Of a DNA stretch of 64,000 bases, positions 10,027 through 19,164 are shown piece after piece (positions within the stretch are counted from its first letter, which is position 1; each line of letters starts with the position of its first letter). The stretch is from an uncultured Verrucomicrobiae bacterium (lineage in GTDB: Bacteria; Verrucomicrobiota; Verrucomicrobiia; Chthoniobacterales; UBA10450). Where the stretch lies: positions 416,001 through 480,000 of the forward strand of contig CAVYXA010000003.1 of NCBI GenBank assembly GCA_963772365.1, given 5' to 3'. Below the pieces are notes generated by a model. The model was not told the origin of the DNA, ran no database searches, and saw nothing but the letters and a program-made list of their open reading frames with translations. Both the position numbers and the translations under genes were made by a program.

Positions 10027-11436
10027 TTAGCGCAAAGTTCTATCGAGCGCGCCGATCTTGCGAATTTCCGGCCATTTCAAAGCCGCGCTAAGGACGACTA
10101 CAATCGTGCCGATGCCTCCCGCCACGACCGAAATGATCGGGCCGAATAAGGCCGCCGTTAATCCCGATTCGAGCGCGCCGAGCTCATTCGATGTGCCGAT
10201 GAAGATATTGTTCACGGATGAGACCCGGCCGCGCATTTCATCAGGAGTAACCAATTGAACGATCGAGCCTCGAATGATCACGCTGACACTATCGAGCGCG
10301 CCGGCTAGAAACAGCACTAACAAGGAGAGCCAGAGTGCCTTCGAGAGACCAAAGACAATTGTTGCGATCCCAAACCCGCTTACGCACCAGAGTAAACTCT
10401 TTCCCGCGCTGCGCATTGGCGGCAAATGCGCAACCGTAAGCGCCATTGCGAAGGCACCGATCGCCGGAGCAGCTCGCATCCAGCCGAGACCGATCGGACC
10501 GCAATGCAAGATTTGATCGGCAAAAATCGGCAACAATGCCGTTGCGCCACCGAGAAGCACCGCGAACAAATCGAGAGTGATCGTCGCCAGAATCACTTTT
10601 CTGCTGAAGACGAATTCGATTCCTGCAACCAGACCGCGCCATGTGCCATCCAGGACGCGACGTCCCATCCGCGGAGCGCGCGGGATGGGCAAAACAAAAA
10701 GAAAAAATAAAAAAGCCGTAATGGCGTCGATTGTGTAAACGATTGGAAACCCGATCTGGGCAACGAGAAATCCGCTCAAGGCCGGGCCAGCAACCGATCC
10801 AATTTGAAAAACGCTGTTGTTCCAGGTGACAGCATTGGAAAACCCGTCGCGCGGGACGAGCGTGGGAAAAAATGAGCTGCGAGCGGCCCAGCCGAAGGTG
10901 CGAGCGACAGCGCCCAGGAAGAGCAAAAGATAAATGAGGGGGATCGATGGATCGTCGAAATGAAAGGTGGCTTGATGCCGCTCGAAAACCGTGGCGATAG
11001 CGTTGAGTCCGTGGTTGCTCGAGCGCAAGATCGACGAGTACGGGATCGCGAGATGTTGCCATGAAACCAGCGCCAGCAATGCGGATGTGATCGCGCTGAA
11101 AATTTGCGAGACCAGAATAATGCGTTTGCGACTGATGCGATCGGCCAGATAACCGGCCGGTAATGATAAACCGACAATCGGAATTGCGAACACTAATCCG
11201 ACAAGACCGAGAGCGGTGGCGGAATGGGTTCGCCGATAGATTTCCCATTCAACCGCGACTGCGAGCATTTGCCGGCCGAGGATCGACAACAGATTGCCCG
11301 CGGTGAAAAAGCTAAACCCGCGCGACCGAAAGGCGGCGTAAGGATCATGCCCGGGAATGACCGCGCCAGTGATTTGGGGACGCTGGCCGATCGGGGTGTC
11401 GCATGGATCGCGTGGCGGATCGGTGTTATCTGGCAT
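10027..11436 (-). CDS. MFS transporter (EntS/MefA-like)
   Basis: GYLADRISRKR motif A, DLFAVLLGGATALLP, MRGRVSSVN. Confidence 0.9.
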   Translation of the reverse strand: MPDNTDPPRDPCDTPIGQRPQITGAVIPGHDPYAAFRSRGFSFFTAGNLLSILGRQMLAVAVEWEIYRRTHSATALGLVGLVFAIPIVGLSLPAGYLADRISRKRIILVSQIFSAITSALLALVSWQHLAIPYSSILRSSNHGLNAIATVFERHQATFHFDDPSIPLIYLLLFLGAVARTFGWAARSSFFPTLVPRDGFSNAVTWNNSVFQIGSVAGPALSGFLVAQIGFPIVYTIDAITAFLFFLFVLPIPRAPRMGRRVLDGTWRGLVAGIEFVFSRKVILATITLDLFAVLLGGATALLPIFADQILHCGPIGLGWMRAAPAIGAFAMALTVAHLPPMRSAGKSLLWCVSGFGIATIVFGLSKALWLSLLVLFLAGALDSVSVIIRGSIVQLVTPDEMRGRVSSVNNIFIGTSNELGALESGLTAALFGPIISVVAGGIGTIVVVLSAALKWPEIRKIGALDRTLR

Positions 11437-11527
11437 TTGAGTAAGGCGAAGTTGGACGGAAGTCTTTTCGCAAGAAATGCTTTCTCATGCAACAAGGAGC
11501 GTGATCCGCTGTCTAAGATCGACACTC

Positions 11528-12154
11528 ATGACAAGAACTCTCCTTTCTGCATTGCTCGCTTTAATTGCCGCCACATTTGCTGTCGATCCTAGTCGCGGAG
11601 AAGATTCGCCTGCTCCTGCCACCAAGACGGCTGTTTTCGCTGGCGGTTGTTTCTGGTGTATTCAGCCAGCGTTCGACAAGGCCGGGGGCGTGATAAAGAC
11701 CGTTGTCGGGTACTGCGGCGGGACCGAGCCGAATCCGACGTATGAGCTGGTCACTTCGGAAAAAACGAATTATCGCGAGTCGATCCAGATCACTTACGAT
11801 CCAGAGAAAATTTCCTTCGAGCAATTGCTCGATATTTATTGGCGCCAGATCGATCCAACCCAGGCCGACGGTCAGTTTACCGATGTCGGGCCGAGTTACC
11901 GGGCTGCCATCTTTTACAGGAATGAAAGCGAGAAAAAAATTGCCGAGGCTTCAAAAGAGAAGCTGGCGCGATCGGGCAAATTTAAGAAACCGATCGTTAC
12001 CGAGGTCCTTCCGGCCATGAAATTTTATCCGGCTGAGGAATACCATCAGAAGTACTATCGGCAGAATGCGGAGAGCTTCGAGGCTTTCGAGATCGGATCG
12101 GGCCGTACGAACTTTCAGAAAAAGACGTGGGGAAACGAAAATCAAGAACCGTGA
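11528..12154 (+). CDS. msrA: Peptide-methionine (S)-S-oxide reductase with N-terminal signal peptide
   Basis: FAGGCFWC, FYPAEEYHQKYY. Confidence 0.95.
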   Translation: MTRTLLSALLALIAATFAVDPSRGEDSPAPATKTAVFAGGCFWCIQPAFDKAGGVIKTVVGYCGGTEPNPTYELVTSEKTNYRESIQITYDPEKISFEQLLDIYWRQIDPTQADGQFTDVGPSYRAAIFYRNESEKKIAEASKEKLARSGKFKKPIVTEVLPAMKFYPAEEYHQKYYRQNAESFEAFEIGSGRTNFQKKTWGNENQEP

Positions 12155-12187
12155 ATGGCTAACCAGTTAACGGTTAGGATTGGCCGC

Positions 12188-12637
12188 TCAATATTTGAAC
12201 AACTTGTCCTGATCCGAATCGACGAACTCGGCGCGTTCTACCGAAAGCGGCTCGTTCATCACCTTTGAGAGTTCCTGGGATAAGACGATCGCGATGGAGC
12301 GAGCATCGCGAGTATAAACGGGAATTGGGAACGAGCCCGCGTTGCGATCGTATCCATAAATCGTGCCGTCGGTCTCCCAGACGCAATAAGCATGCCCGGC
12401 CGAATGATCGTGAAAACGCACGAGGAGAATTTTTGCCCAAAAATTTTGCTCGAGGGAATGCTGGGTTTTTACCACAGCGAGGTAATTGCAGGCCGAGATG
12501 ACGCATCCATTGAGCACAACCAAATCGTCTGCGCCCGGCGTGAGCACGACCGGCGGCTGAGGTCGAGCGCTCAGGGTGAGACAAGCCAGGAGAAGAGCGC
12601 AATGATAAAGGACCTTGGTCAGCAACTGGTGGTTCAT
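12188..12637 (-). CDS. Secreted hypothetical protein, possible Cys-His-Asp papain/transglutaminase-like fold
   Basis: Signal-like N-terminus; NGCV…GHAYC…YGYD spacing. Confidence 0.55.
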   Translation of the reverse strand: MNHQLLTKVLYHCALLLACLTLSARPQPPVVLTPGADDLVVLNGCVISACNYLAVVKTQHSLEQNFWAKILLVRFHDHSAGHAYCVWETDGTIYGYDRNAGSFPIPVYTRDARSIAIVLSQELSKVMNEPLSVERAEFVDSDQDKLFKY

Positions 12638-12779
12638 CGATTTATGAGATTTATACAGGTTATAACACTGATAGCCTCCCGCTGGGAAGTGTTTTTCTCA
12701 TTTATTTCTGCACCCTGCTGCCGATACGAATTTGCCACGCTGACAAGCACACTGTAAATTGTCGATCCTAAAAATAGAT

Positions 12780-13137
12780 GGGGGCGCACTGGCTTCGACT
12801 CGTGGTTGGAAGCGCAGGCGGCATGTCGAGGATGGTTCGTTGGCCTCGTTAAAAACCGGACCAAACAAAATAAACGCAGACAACGAAGGTCTCGCTCTCG
12901 CGGCTTAATTGACCGTGACGTTTTCGCAGTGACGCCTGCTAACGGCGAAAACGTGGACAGCAGGCTGGCGAATCAGCGGAGCGACCGCGCTGGTTCGTAA
13001 GATCGACAATCGTGGATGCTCGGGAGGCGGCAGTGCGCCGGTGCAACGTTCGGCTCCTTAAAACTGAACGCCGGATAAACATGTAGATGTTTGCGTCGAT
13101 AGCGACGAGGACAGGGGTTCAACTCCCCTCGCCTCCA
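12780..13137 (+). ncRNA. ssrA: tmRNA; tag (A)DNEGLALAA* at 12876-12908; CCA not encoded
   Basis: 5' GGGGGCG…GGCTTCGAC pairs with 3' CGCCTCC-A (G3:U70); T-arm GGGGTTCAACTCCCC; tag ends ALAA-stop. Confidence 0.97.
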
Positions 13138-13184
13138 CTTTTGCTCGCAGCGCAAAAGTGCGGCGCCGTCGCCCTGGCGAAGGC
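13136..13184. terminator. Two hairpins between ssrA and the convergent gene (possible terminator/processing signal)
   Basis: CACTTTTGC-N7-GCAAAAGTG (13136-13160), then GCCGTCGCCCTGGCGAAGGC (13165-13184). Confidence 0.4.
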
Positions 13185-13214
13185 GAACCCGCCACCGTTA
13201 GATTCTGAATTCAG

Positions 13215-13721
13215 CTATTTCTTCTTTCGCGGTTTCGCGGATGCATCCAGAGGCACCCCGCCAGTTCGGCCAATTAATTTTCCTGATGCATCAAAAATGG
13301 AATAGCCAGTTTGCCTGCCGTTTTGATCGTAGCTGTAGACGATTTTGTGCAGCACGGCGTCGCTTTTATCCGTCTGGATTTCTTCCTCGATTCTCCCGGC
13401 GTTGTCGTATTTGTAGCGACTCTTGAATCGGAGCTTTCCATCCGCGCCAAATATCTGGCCGCTGGCGAAACGCCCGGCATCGTCCAGTTGATACTGAATT
13501 TTCTCACGCAGTTTGCCATTCTGCTCTGTCGTCGCGGCGAGGCATGTGTGTTGTGCATCATTGAATTTGTAAACGGTGCGCGAGTCGTCGGCATTCATTT
13601 TGACTATGACCCGAACTGCCTCGCTTTCTGACGACGCCGGCTGGGATCGGACGAATCCAATGATCCCAAAAAGAAGGGTTAGTGTGAGGCCGACTGTCGA
13701 TCTTCGGGTGAGATGTTTCAT
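13215..13721 (-). CDS. Small secreted protein with YD/RHS-like repeats
   Basis: Signal peptide; repeated units YQLDDAGR, YKYDNAGR, YSYDQNGR, FDASGK. Confidence 0.65.
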   Translation of the reverse strand: MKHLTRRSTVGLTLTLLFGIIGFVRSQPASSESEAVRVIVKMNADDSRTVYKFNDAQHTCLAATTEQNGKLREKIQYQLDDAGRFASGQIFGADGKLRFKSRYKYDNAGRIEEEIQTDKSDAVLHKIVYSYDQNGRQTGYSIFDASGKLIGRTGGVPLDASAKPRKKK

Positions 13722-13866
13722 GAATGCCGATGCCATGAGAATAAGCATAAGGTGCGGATGAGATCACGAAGAGAGTGAGAGCCTCGCACAGCAGCAGCCG
13801 ATCCTTGGGTGGGGACGTGGCGAGGATTCAAAATCGGGATGCGAAGAATTTCCAGAGAAATTGTTG

Positions 13867-13920
13867 TTGACAGAGACGCAGGAAGGGTGGTTAAAGGTGG
13901 GGAAAAGTGGGGAAATATGG
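13867..13920 (+). promoter_or_regulatory. dcw (mraZ) promoter with MraZ-binding repeats
   Basis: TTGACA at 13867-13872; GTGG at 13887, 13897 and 13907 and ATGG at 13917 (10-nt period). Confidence 0.8.
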
Positions 13921-13939
13921 AGGAATTCACCACGCGACC

Positions 13940-14407
13940 ATGGACAACGCGGCACCGACTTCGCAGCACCACCAGCCTCTCTACGCGGGACAATTCCGTC
14001 ATTTCATCGATGAGAAGAACCGCATCACGATTCCAGCGCGCTGGCGTCGCCGTGGCTCCGAAGAACTCATCATTCTTCCGGAAGCGACTCATCAATTTCT
14101 TCTGGTCATGTCGCCTGAGGAATTTTCCCGCATGAGCGCGGCCGCCGAAAACGAGACCAATATTTCGGCGCGTGATCGTAGAATTTTTCTCCGGCACCTG
14201 CATTCTCGCGCTCAGCACGGCAGTATCGATCGACAAGGGCGGCTCGTTCTTCCCGAAGAGCTCTGCAAAACAATCGGCCTCAAAGGCGAGGTCGCGCTTG
14301 TGGGTGGGCGCGGGCGTTTTGAAATTTGGAATCTGCAGCGCTGGAAAAAAGCGCATGAAGAGGAAACGGCAACTTACCAGCACGTGGCAGGCGTGATCGG
14401 TTTGTAA
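13940..14407 (+). CDS. mraZ: Division/cell wall cluster transcriptional repressor MraZ
   Basis: IDEKNRITIPARWR and IDRQGRLVLP repeats; first gene of the dcw cluster. Confidence 0.95.
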   Translation: MDNAAPTSQHHQPLYAGQFRHFIDEKNRITIPARWRRRGSEELIILPEATHQFLLVMSPEEFSRMSAAAENETNISARDRRIFLRHLHSRAQHGSIDRQGRLVLPEELCKTIGLKGEVALVGGRGRFEIWNLQRWKKAHEEETATYQHVAGVIGL

Positions 14408-14412
14408 GGAGA

Positions 14413-15420
14413 ATGAACATGAAAGCGTTGTTGTTTGAACGGCCTGTCTGGTTCGCAACTGGTCCGCTGATTCTGAAAGAGGAGGCGCAGGAAATGGAGG
14501 ATTTTACTTATCACCAGCCAGTGCTCGTCAATGAAGTTGTCGATCTACTTGCGCCACGGCCCGGCTCGCTCGTTGTCGATGGAACCTGTGGCGGCGGCGG
14601 GCACAGCGAAGCGATTCTGCGTGCCGGTGCCGATGTGCTCGCGCTCGACCAGGATCCGGATGCCATCGAACACGCCACCGAAAACCTTGCTCCGTTCGGC
14701 GGGCGGGTCACGGTGCGGCAGGCAAATTTTCGGCACGCAGATAAAATTCTGGACCAGCTCGGAATTTCTCAGGTCGGCGGGGCACTTCTCGATCTGGGCG
14801 TTTCGTCACGACAACTCGAAAATGCCGAGCGCGGTTTCAGTATCATGCGGAATGGGCCGTTGGACATGCGGATGGATCCAAATGCGACGCTGAGTGCTGC
14901 CGACATCGTTAACAATTACACCGAAGAAGATCTGACCCGGTTGTTTCGCGACTTGGGAGAAGAGCCGGCCGCACGCCGAATTGCTGCATTGATCGTGAAG
15001 ATGCGCAAGGACGCGCCGCTTCGTGAAACGCTGCCGCTGGCGCGTGCCATTGAAAAAGTGGTTGGGCGTCATGGCCGTCGTCATCCTGCCACTCAGGTTT
15101 TTCAAGCACTTCGAATGGAAGCGAACGATGAACTCGGCGCTCTGGAAGAAGGTTTGCGCGTTTTGACTGCGCGGCTCGAAACAGGTGCGCGGATAGCAGT
15201 GATTTCCTTTCACTCTCTGGAAGATCGAATCGTAAAGAATTTCTTTCGTGACCGCAGCCGAGAATGGTTGGATCGGCCGGAATGGCCGGAGCCGCGACCA
15301 AATCCGAAATGCGATCTCCATCTGATCACGTCGAAACCGGTGGAGCCGAGTATGGAGGAGCAACGCGCCAATCCGCGTTCGCGCAGTGCGAAATTGCGGG
15401 TGGCGGAAAAAATCGCATGA
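14413..15420 (+). CDS. rsmH: 16S rRNA m4C1402 methyltransferase (alternative start 14494)
   Basis: HQPVL, DGTCGGGGHS, DLGVSS, ISFHSLEDRIVK, NPRSRSAKLR. Confidence 0.97.
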   Translation: MNMKALLFERPVWFATGPLILKEEAQEMEDFTYHQPVLVNEVVDLLAPRPGSLVVDGTCGGGGHSEAILRAGADVLALDQDPDAIEHATENLAPFGGRVTVRQANFRHADKILDQLGISQVGGALLDLGVSSRQLENAERGFSIMRNGPLDMRMDPNATLSAADIVNNYTEEDLTRLFRDLGEEPAARRIAALIVKMRKDAPLRETLPLARAIEKVVGRHGRRHPATQVFQALRMEANDELGALEEGLRVLTARLETGARIAVISFHSLEDRIVKNFFRDRSREWLDRPEWPEPRPNPKCDLHLITSKPVEPSMEEQRANPRSRSAKLRVAEKIA

Positions 15421-15785
15421 GCCGATCCCGTCGAAAGAATCGCAACATGATCAACGCGCCATCGCTGGCCCGTTGGATTGTGGTAACGGCGTTTCTTGCC
15501 TTGATCGGGCTGAGCTACGTGTATTTGAAACTTCAGCTTTATCATCTGGGCGATCGCACCAAAGCCCTGGAAAAGCAGCTGGCTGGTTTGCGGACGCAAA
15601 ATGAAGTCGCCAGTTCGCAGATTGCGGCGTTGACCTCACGATCGGCATTGCAACGGCAGTTGAAGGACGGCTACCTGAAAATGATTCCGATTTCCGAGCG
15701 TAACATTGTGCGGCTGAGCATTCCTGCACGGCAGAATGATGAAGACGCGATTCAACCGGTAGTGAATCGAAGCGCTGGACGATGA
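15417..15785 (+). CDS. ftsL: Cell division protein FtsL-like
   Basis: Basic N-terminus, one TM helix, coiled coil; lies between rsmH and ftsI with ATGA overlaps. Confidence 0.7.
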   Translation: MSRSRRKNRNMINAPSLARWIVVTAFLALIGLSYVYLKLQLYHLGDRTKALEKQLAGLRTQNEVASSQIAALTSRSALQRQLKDGYLKMIPISERNIVRLSIPARQNDEDAIQPVVNRSAGR

Positions 15786-17545
15786 AGTGGAATAGCCGAA
15801 TTCGCTGCGCCCTGATTTGTATCGGTTTCACTGCCATCTTCAGCCTCTTCTCGATTCGACTGGTTTATGTTCAGATGATCCAGCACGACGAGTACGCCGC
15901 GCTCGCCGCTGAGAAGCACGTTCACAAGCAAATCATCTACGCAGAACGGGGGGCGATCTTCGACGTCAATGGTGAAGTGCTGGCCAATAATGTGCCCGTC
16001 CACACCGTAGTTGCCGACGCCACGCGGCTGAACAATGTGGAAGCGACTGTCGATCTTCTCAGCCGAGAACTGAAAATTCCCGTCACCGAGTTGGCAGAAA
16101 AATTACATAGCAACCGGCGATACATTGTGGTTCAGCGACAGGTCTCCGATGTAGCGGCAAAATCGCTGCGCGAGAAATTACGCGACCAGCGACTGCTTGG
16201 AATTTATTTCGAGCACGATACCAGCCGGATCTATCCGAACGGCTCGATGCTCTGTCACGTGATCGGATTCATGGATTTCGACCATCGCGGAATTCAGGGC
16301 GTAGAACGATCGATGGAGGAATACCTCCATGGTCAGGACGGTTACCGTTACACCGAACGAAATCGCGCCGGGCAGGAAATCGTGCTTTATCGCGGCCAGG
16401 AACGCGCACCGCGCAACGGTTACGATGTCCATCTCACTGTCGATCTGAATTTACAGAACATCGTCGAGAACGAGATCGATGCCGCCATGCGAGAATATTC
16501 GCCCAAGAAGGCAACAATCATTCTCATGCGCCCGGACACGGGAGAAATCCTGGCGATGGCAAACCGGCCAAACTTCGATCTGAACCTGCGTGCGGAAGCG
16601 AAGCCGGAGCAAAAGAAAAACCGGGCCATCATCGATATGATGGAGCCCGGATCCACGTTTAAGATCGTCGCCGCCGCTGCGGCGTTAAACGAGCGTAAAG
16701 TCCGGCCCGACTCAACCATTTTTTGCGAGAACGGTCTCTGGAATTTTGGCGGCACACCGCTCCACGATCACCGAGCTTTCGGGGAATTGAGCGTCAGAGA
16801 CATTTTGGTGAAATCGAGCAACATCGGCGCGGCTAAGCTCGCTCTCAGTGTCGGCGAAGAAAAGTTTTATGAATACATTCGCCGGTTTGGATTCGGAGAA
16901 CGCACTGGGATCGAACTGCCAGGGGAAATCAGCGGCCTGATTCGTGCGCCGCAATCGTGGAGCAGGATTTCGATCACACGCATTCCGATGGGTCACGAGA
17001 TCGGGGTAACCCCGCTCCAAATGACAGTAGCGATGGCCGCCATTGCCAACGGAGGCAAATTGGTCACGCCGCGGATCGTTAAATCGATCACAAATGATCG
17101 CGGCGAAATTATCAGCTCCCTTTCCCCGGTTCCTTTGCGACGAGTAATTTCTCCCCAGACAGCCAGAGAAATCGGCGATGCGCTGCGCGGTGTCGTGAGT
17201 GATCGCGGCACCGCCGCCGCCGCCGCTATCCCGGGCTTTACCATAGCGGGTAAGACCGGAACCGCCCAGAAACTCGATCCAAAAGGCGGCTACGAGCATG
17301 GAAAATATGTGGTTTCATTTTTGGGATATTTGCCTGCCGATCGCCCCGAATTTGTTGGGCTGGTGGTGCTGGACGACGCTCACACCACGAAACCGGAGTT
17401 GAATTATGGCGGACTTGTGGCCGGTCCAATCTTCGCCCGGATCGCCGACAAGGCGGCCCGCTATCTCGATCTTCAGCCGCATCTGGAAATTCGTCGGGCG
17501 ATCCCCGTGGAACGAGTCGCCTTAACCAATGCCTCACACCGTTGA
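15782..17545 (+). CDS. ftsI: Class B penicillin-binding protein (FtsI/PBP3)
   Basis: EPGSTFK (SxxK), KSSN (SxN), GKTGTAQ. Confidence 0.93.
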   Translation: MKWNSRIRCALICIGFTAIFSLFSIRLVYVQMIQHDEYAALAAEKHVHKQIIYAERGAIFDVNGEVLANNVPVHTVVADATRLNNVEATVDLLSRELKIPVTELAEKLHSNRRYIVVQRQVSDVAAKSLREKLRDQRLLGIYFEHDTSRIYPNGSMLCHVIGFMDFDHRGIQGVERSMEEYLHGQDGYRYTERNRAGQEIVLYRGQERAPRNGYDVHLTVDLNLQNIVENEIDAAMREYSPKKATIILMRPDTGEILAMANRPNFDLNLRAEAKPEQKKNRAIIDMMEPGSTFKIVAAAAALNERKVRPDSTIFCENGLWNFGGTPLHDHRAFGELSVRDILVKSSNIGAAKLALSVGEEKFYEYIRRFGFGERTGIELPGEISGLIRAPQSWSRISITRIPMGHEIGVTPLQMTVAMAAIANGGKLVTPRIVKSITNDRGEIISSLSPVPLRRVISPQTAREIGDALRGVVSDRGTAAAAAIPGFTIAGKTGTAQKLDPKGGYEHGKYVVSFLGYLPADRPEFVGLVVLDDAHTTKPELNYGGLVAGPIFARIADKAARYLDLQPHLEIRRAIPVERVALTNASHR

Positions 17546-17573
17546 ACTCATTGCGACCGATTGTTGAATTCTC

Positions 17574-19052
17574 ATGCAGCTCAAAGCCCTTGCCGATGCC
17601 ATTTCAATCCGCCAGATCATCGGCCCACTTGATCGCCCGGTGGAAAATATCGCGTATGACTCGAGGCGAGTGCAGAGGAATGGCATGTTCGTGGCGTTGC
17701 GGGGTGAAAAAAATGACGGACACAATTTCATCGACCAGGCGATCGAAAAGGGCGCCACGGTGATCGTCACCGAGAAGGAAGAGAAACATTCTCGCGCCAC
17801 TTGTCTGGTTGTAGAAAATAGCCGCGAAGCCTTGGCTGGTCTCGCCGCGACATTTTACCGGCGGCCAGCGGAACGATTGAAGATCGCGGGCATCACCGGG
17901 ACGAATGGCAAAACCACGACGACCTTTCTCATCAAACACATTTGTGAAAAGGCCGGGCTGCGCTGCGGGTTGATCGGGACAGTTCGCTACGAAATCGGCG
18001 AGCGCGTTCTGCCGGCGACCCGCACCACACCGGAATCTCTCGATCTTCAGGAGCTGCTCGCGCAAATCGTGAATGCCGGGTGCCGCGCCGCCGCGATGGA
18101 AGTGTCGTCGCATGCGCTGGCCCAGAATCGCACCGGCGATATCGAATGGGACGTCGCAGTCTTCACCAATCTCACCCAGGACCATCTCGATTTTCATCGG
18201 ACGATGGAAAATTACTTTGAAGCCAAGGCCAAATTATTCACCGGACTCGCTGGACAGCAAAAGAAACGGAAACCGATCGCAATTGTGAACATTGACGATC
18301 GATATGGCGAACGCCTCGTAGGGAGGATCGACAAAAACGTTTCCGTAATCACGTTCGGAATGGGCGCGCGCGCCGATTTTCGCGCCTCGAATTATCGAAT
18401 GGAATTTGGCGGCACATCCTATCAGCTCGATGCGCGCGGCCGGAGCTATCTGGTGCGCGTTCCCTTGATCGGCCGGTTTAACGTCGCCAATTCCATGGCC
18501 GCGATTGCAGCAGCGAGTGCTCTCGGAGTGAATCTGCGCGAAGCCATCCTGAGCCTGGGCAAATCGCCACAAGTCCCGGGCCGTCTGGAAACGGTACCAG
18601 CCAAACGGCAATTCCAAGTTTACGTCGATTATGCGCATACACCCGATGCATTGCTCAATGTGATGAAGACGCTGCGGGAACTTGCGCCGCGGCGTTTGAT
18701 TGTGGTTTTTGGTTGTGGCGGAGATCGCGACCGCCAGAAACGGCCGCTCATGGCGCAAGCCGTGGATCAAAATGCCGATTATGCAATCGTCACCTCCGAC
18801 AATCCGCGAAAAGAAGATCCTGACGCGATTATTACCGAGGTCGAAAAAGGTTTTCGATCGGATCACTACGAGAAGATCACCGACCGCGCCCAAGCCATTG
18901 CGCGGGCAGTGGAGATCGCCCAGCCGCGCGACATTGTCTTGATCGCGGGCAAAGGTCACGAAGCATATCAGGAATTCGCGGATCACACCGTGCCGTTCGA
19001 CGATATTCAGGTCGCGCGTCGCGCGATCGAGGACCATCCGGTGGAGTTTTAA
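17574..19052 (+). CDS. murE: UDP-MurNAc-dipeptide--meso-DAP ligase
   Basis: GTNGKTT, MEVSSH, DNPR (DAP specificity), AGKGHE. Confidence 0.97.
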   Translation: MQLKALADAISIRQIIGPLDRPVENIAYDSRRVQRNGMFVALRGEKNDGHNFIDQAIEKGATVIVTEKEEKHSRATCLVVENSREALAGLAATFYRRPAERLKIAGITGTNGKTTTTFLIKHICEKAGLRCGLIGTVRYEIGERVLPATRTTPESLDLQELLAQIVNAGCRAAAMEVSSHALAQNRTGDIEWDVAVFTNLTQDHLDFHRTMENYFEAKAKLFTGLAGQQKKRKPIAIVNIDDRYGERLVGRIDKNVSVITFGMGARADFRASNYRMEFGGTSYQLDARGRSYLVRVPLIGRFNVANSMAAIAAASALGVNLREAILSLGKSPQVPGRLETVPAKRQFQVYVDYAHTPDALLNVMKTLRELAPRRLIVVFGCGGDRDRQKRPLMAQAVDQNADYAIVTSDNPRKEDPDAIITEVEKGFRSDHYEKITDRAQAIARAVEIAQPRDIVLIAGKGHEAYQEFADHTVPFDDIQVARRAIEDHPVEF

Positions 19053-19074
19053 TGAATCATTTGTCGATCTTACG

Positions 19075-19163
19075 AGGTGGATCGGGCTCTCCGAGCACGA
19101 TGCCAAAAAATACGCGGCTTCGCCGTCATGCTTACCATCGCCCCCGGGGGTCGCGATCCACCT
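19075..19163. repeat. REP/MITE-like imperfect inverted repeat between murE and murF
   Basis: 28-bp arms (19075-19102, 19136-19163), 21/28 complementary; ends AGGTGGATCG…CGATCCACCT. Confidence 0.75.
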
Positions 19164-19164
19164 G

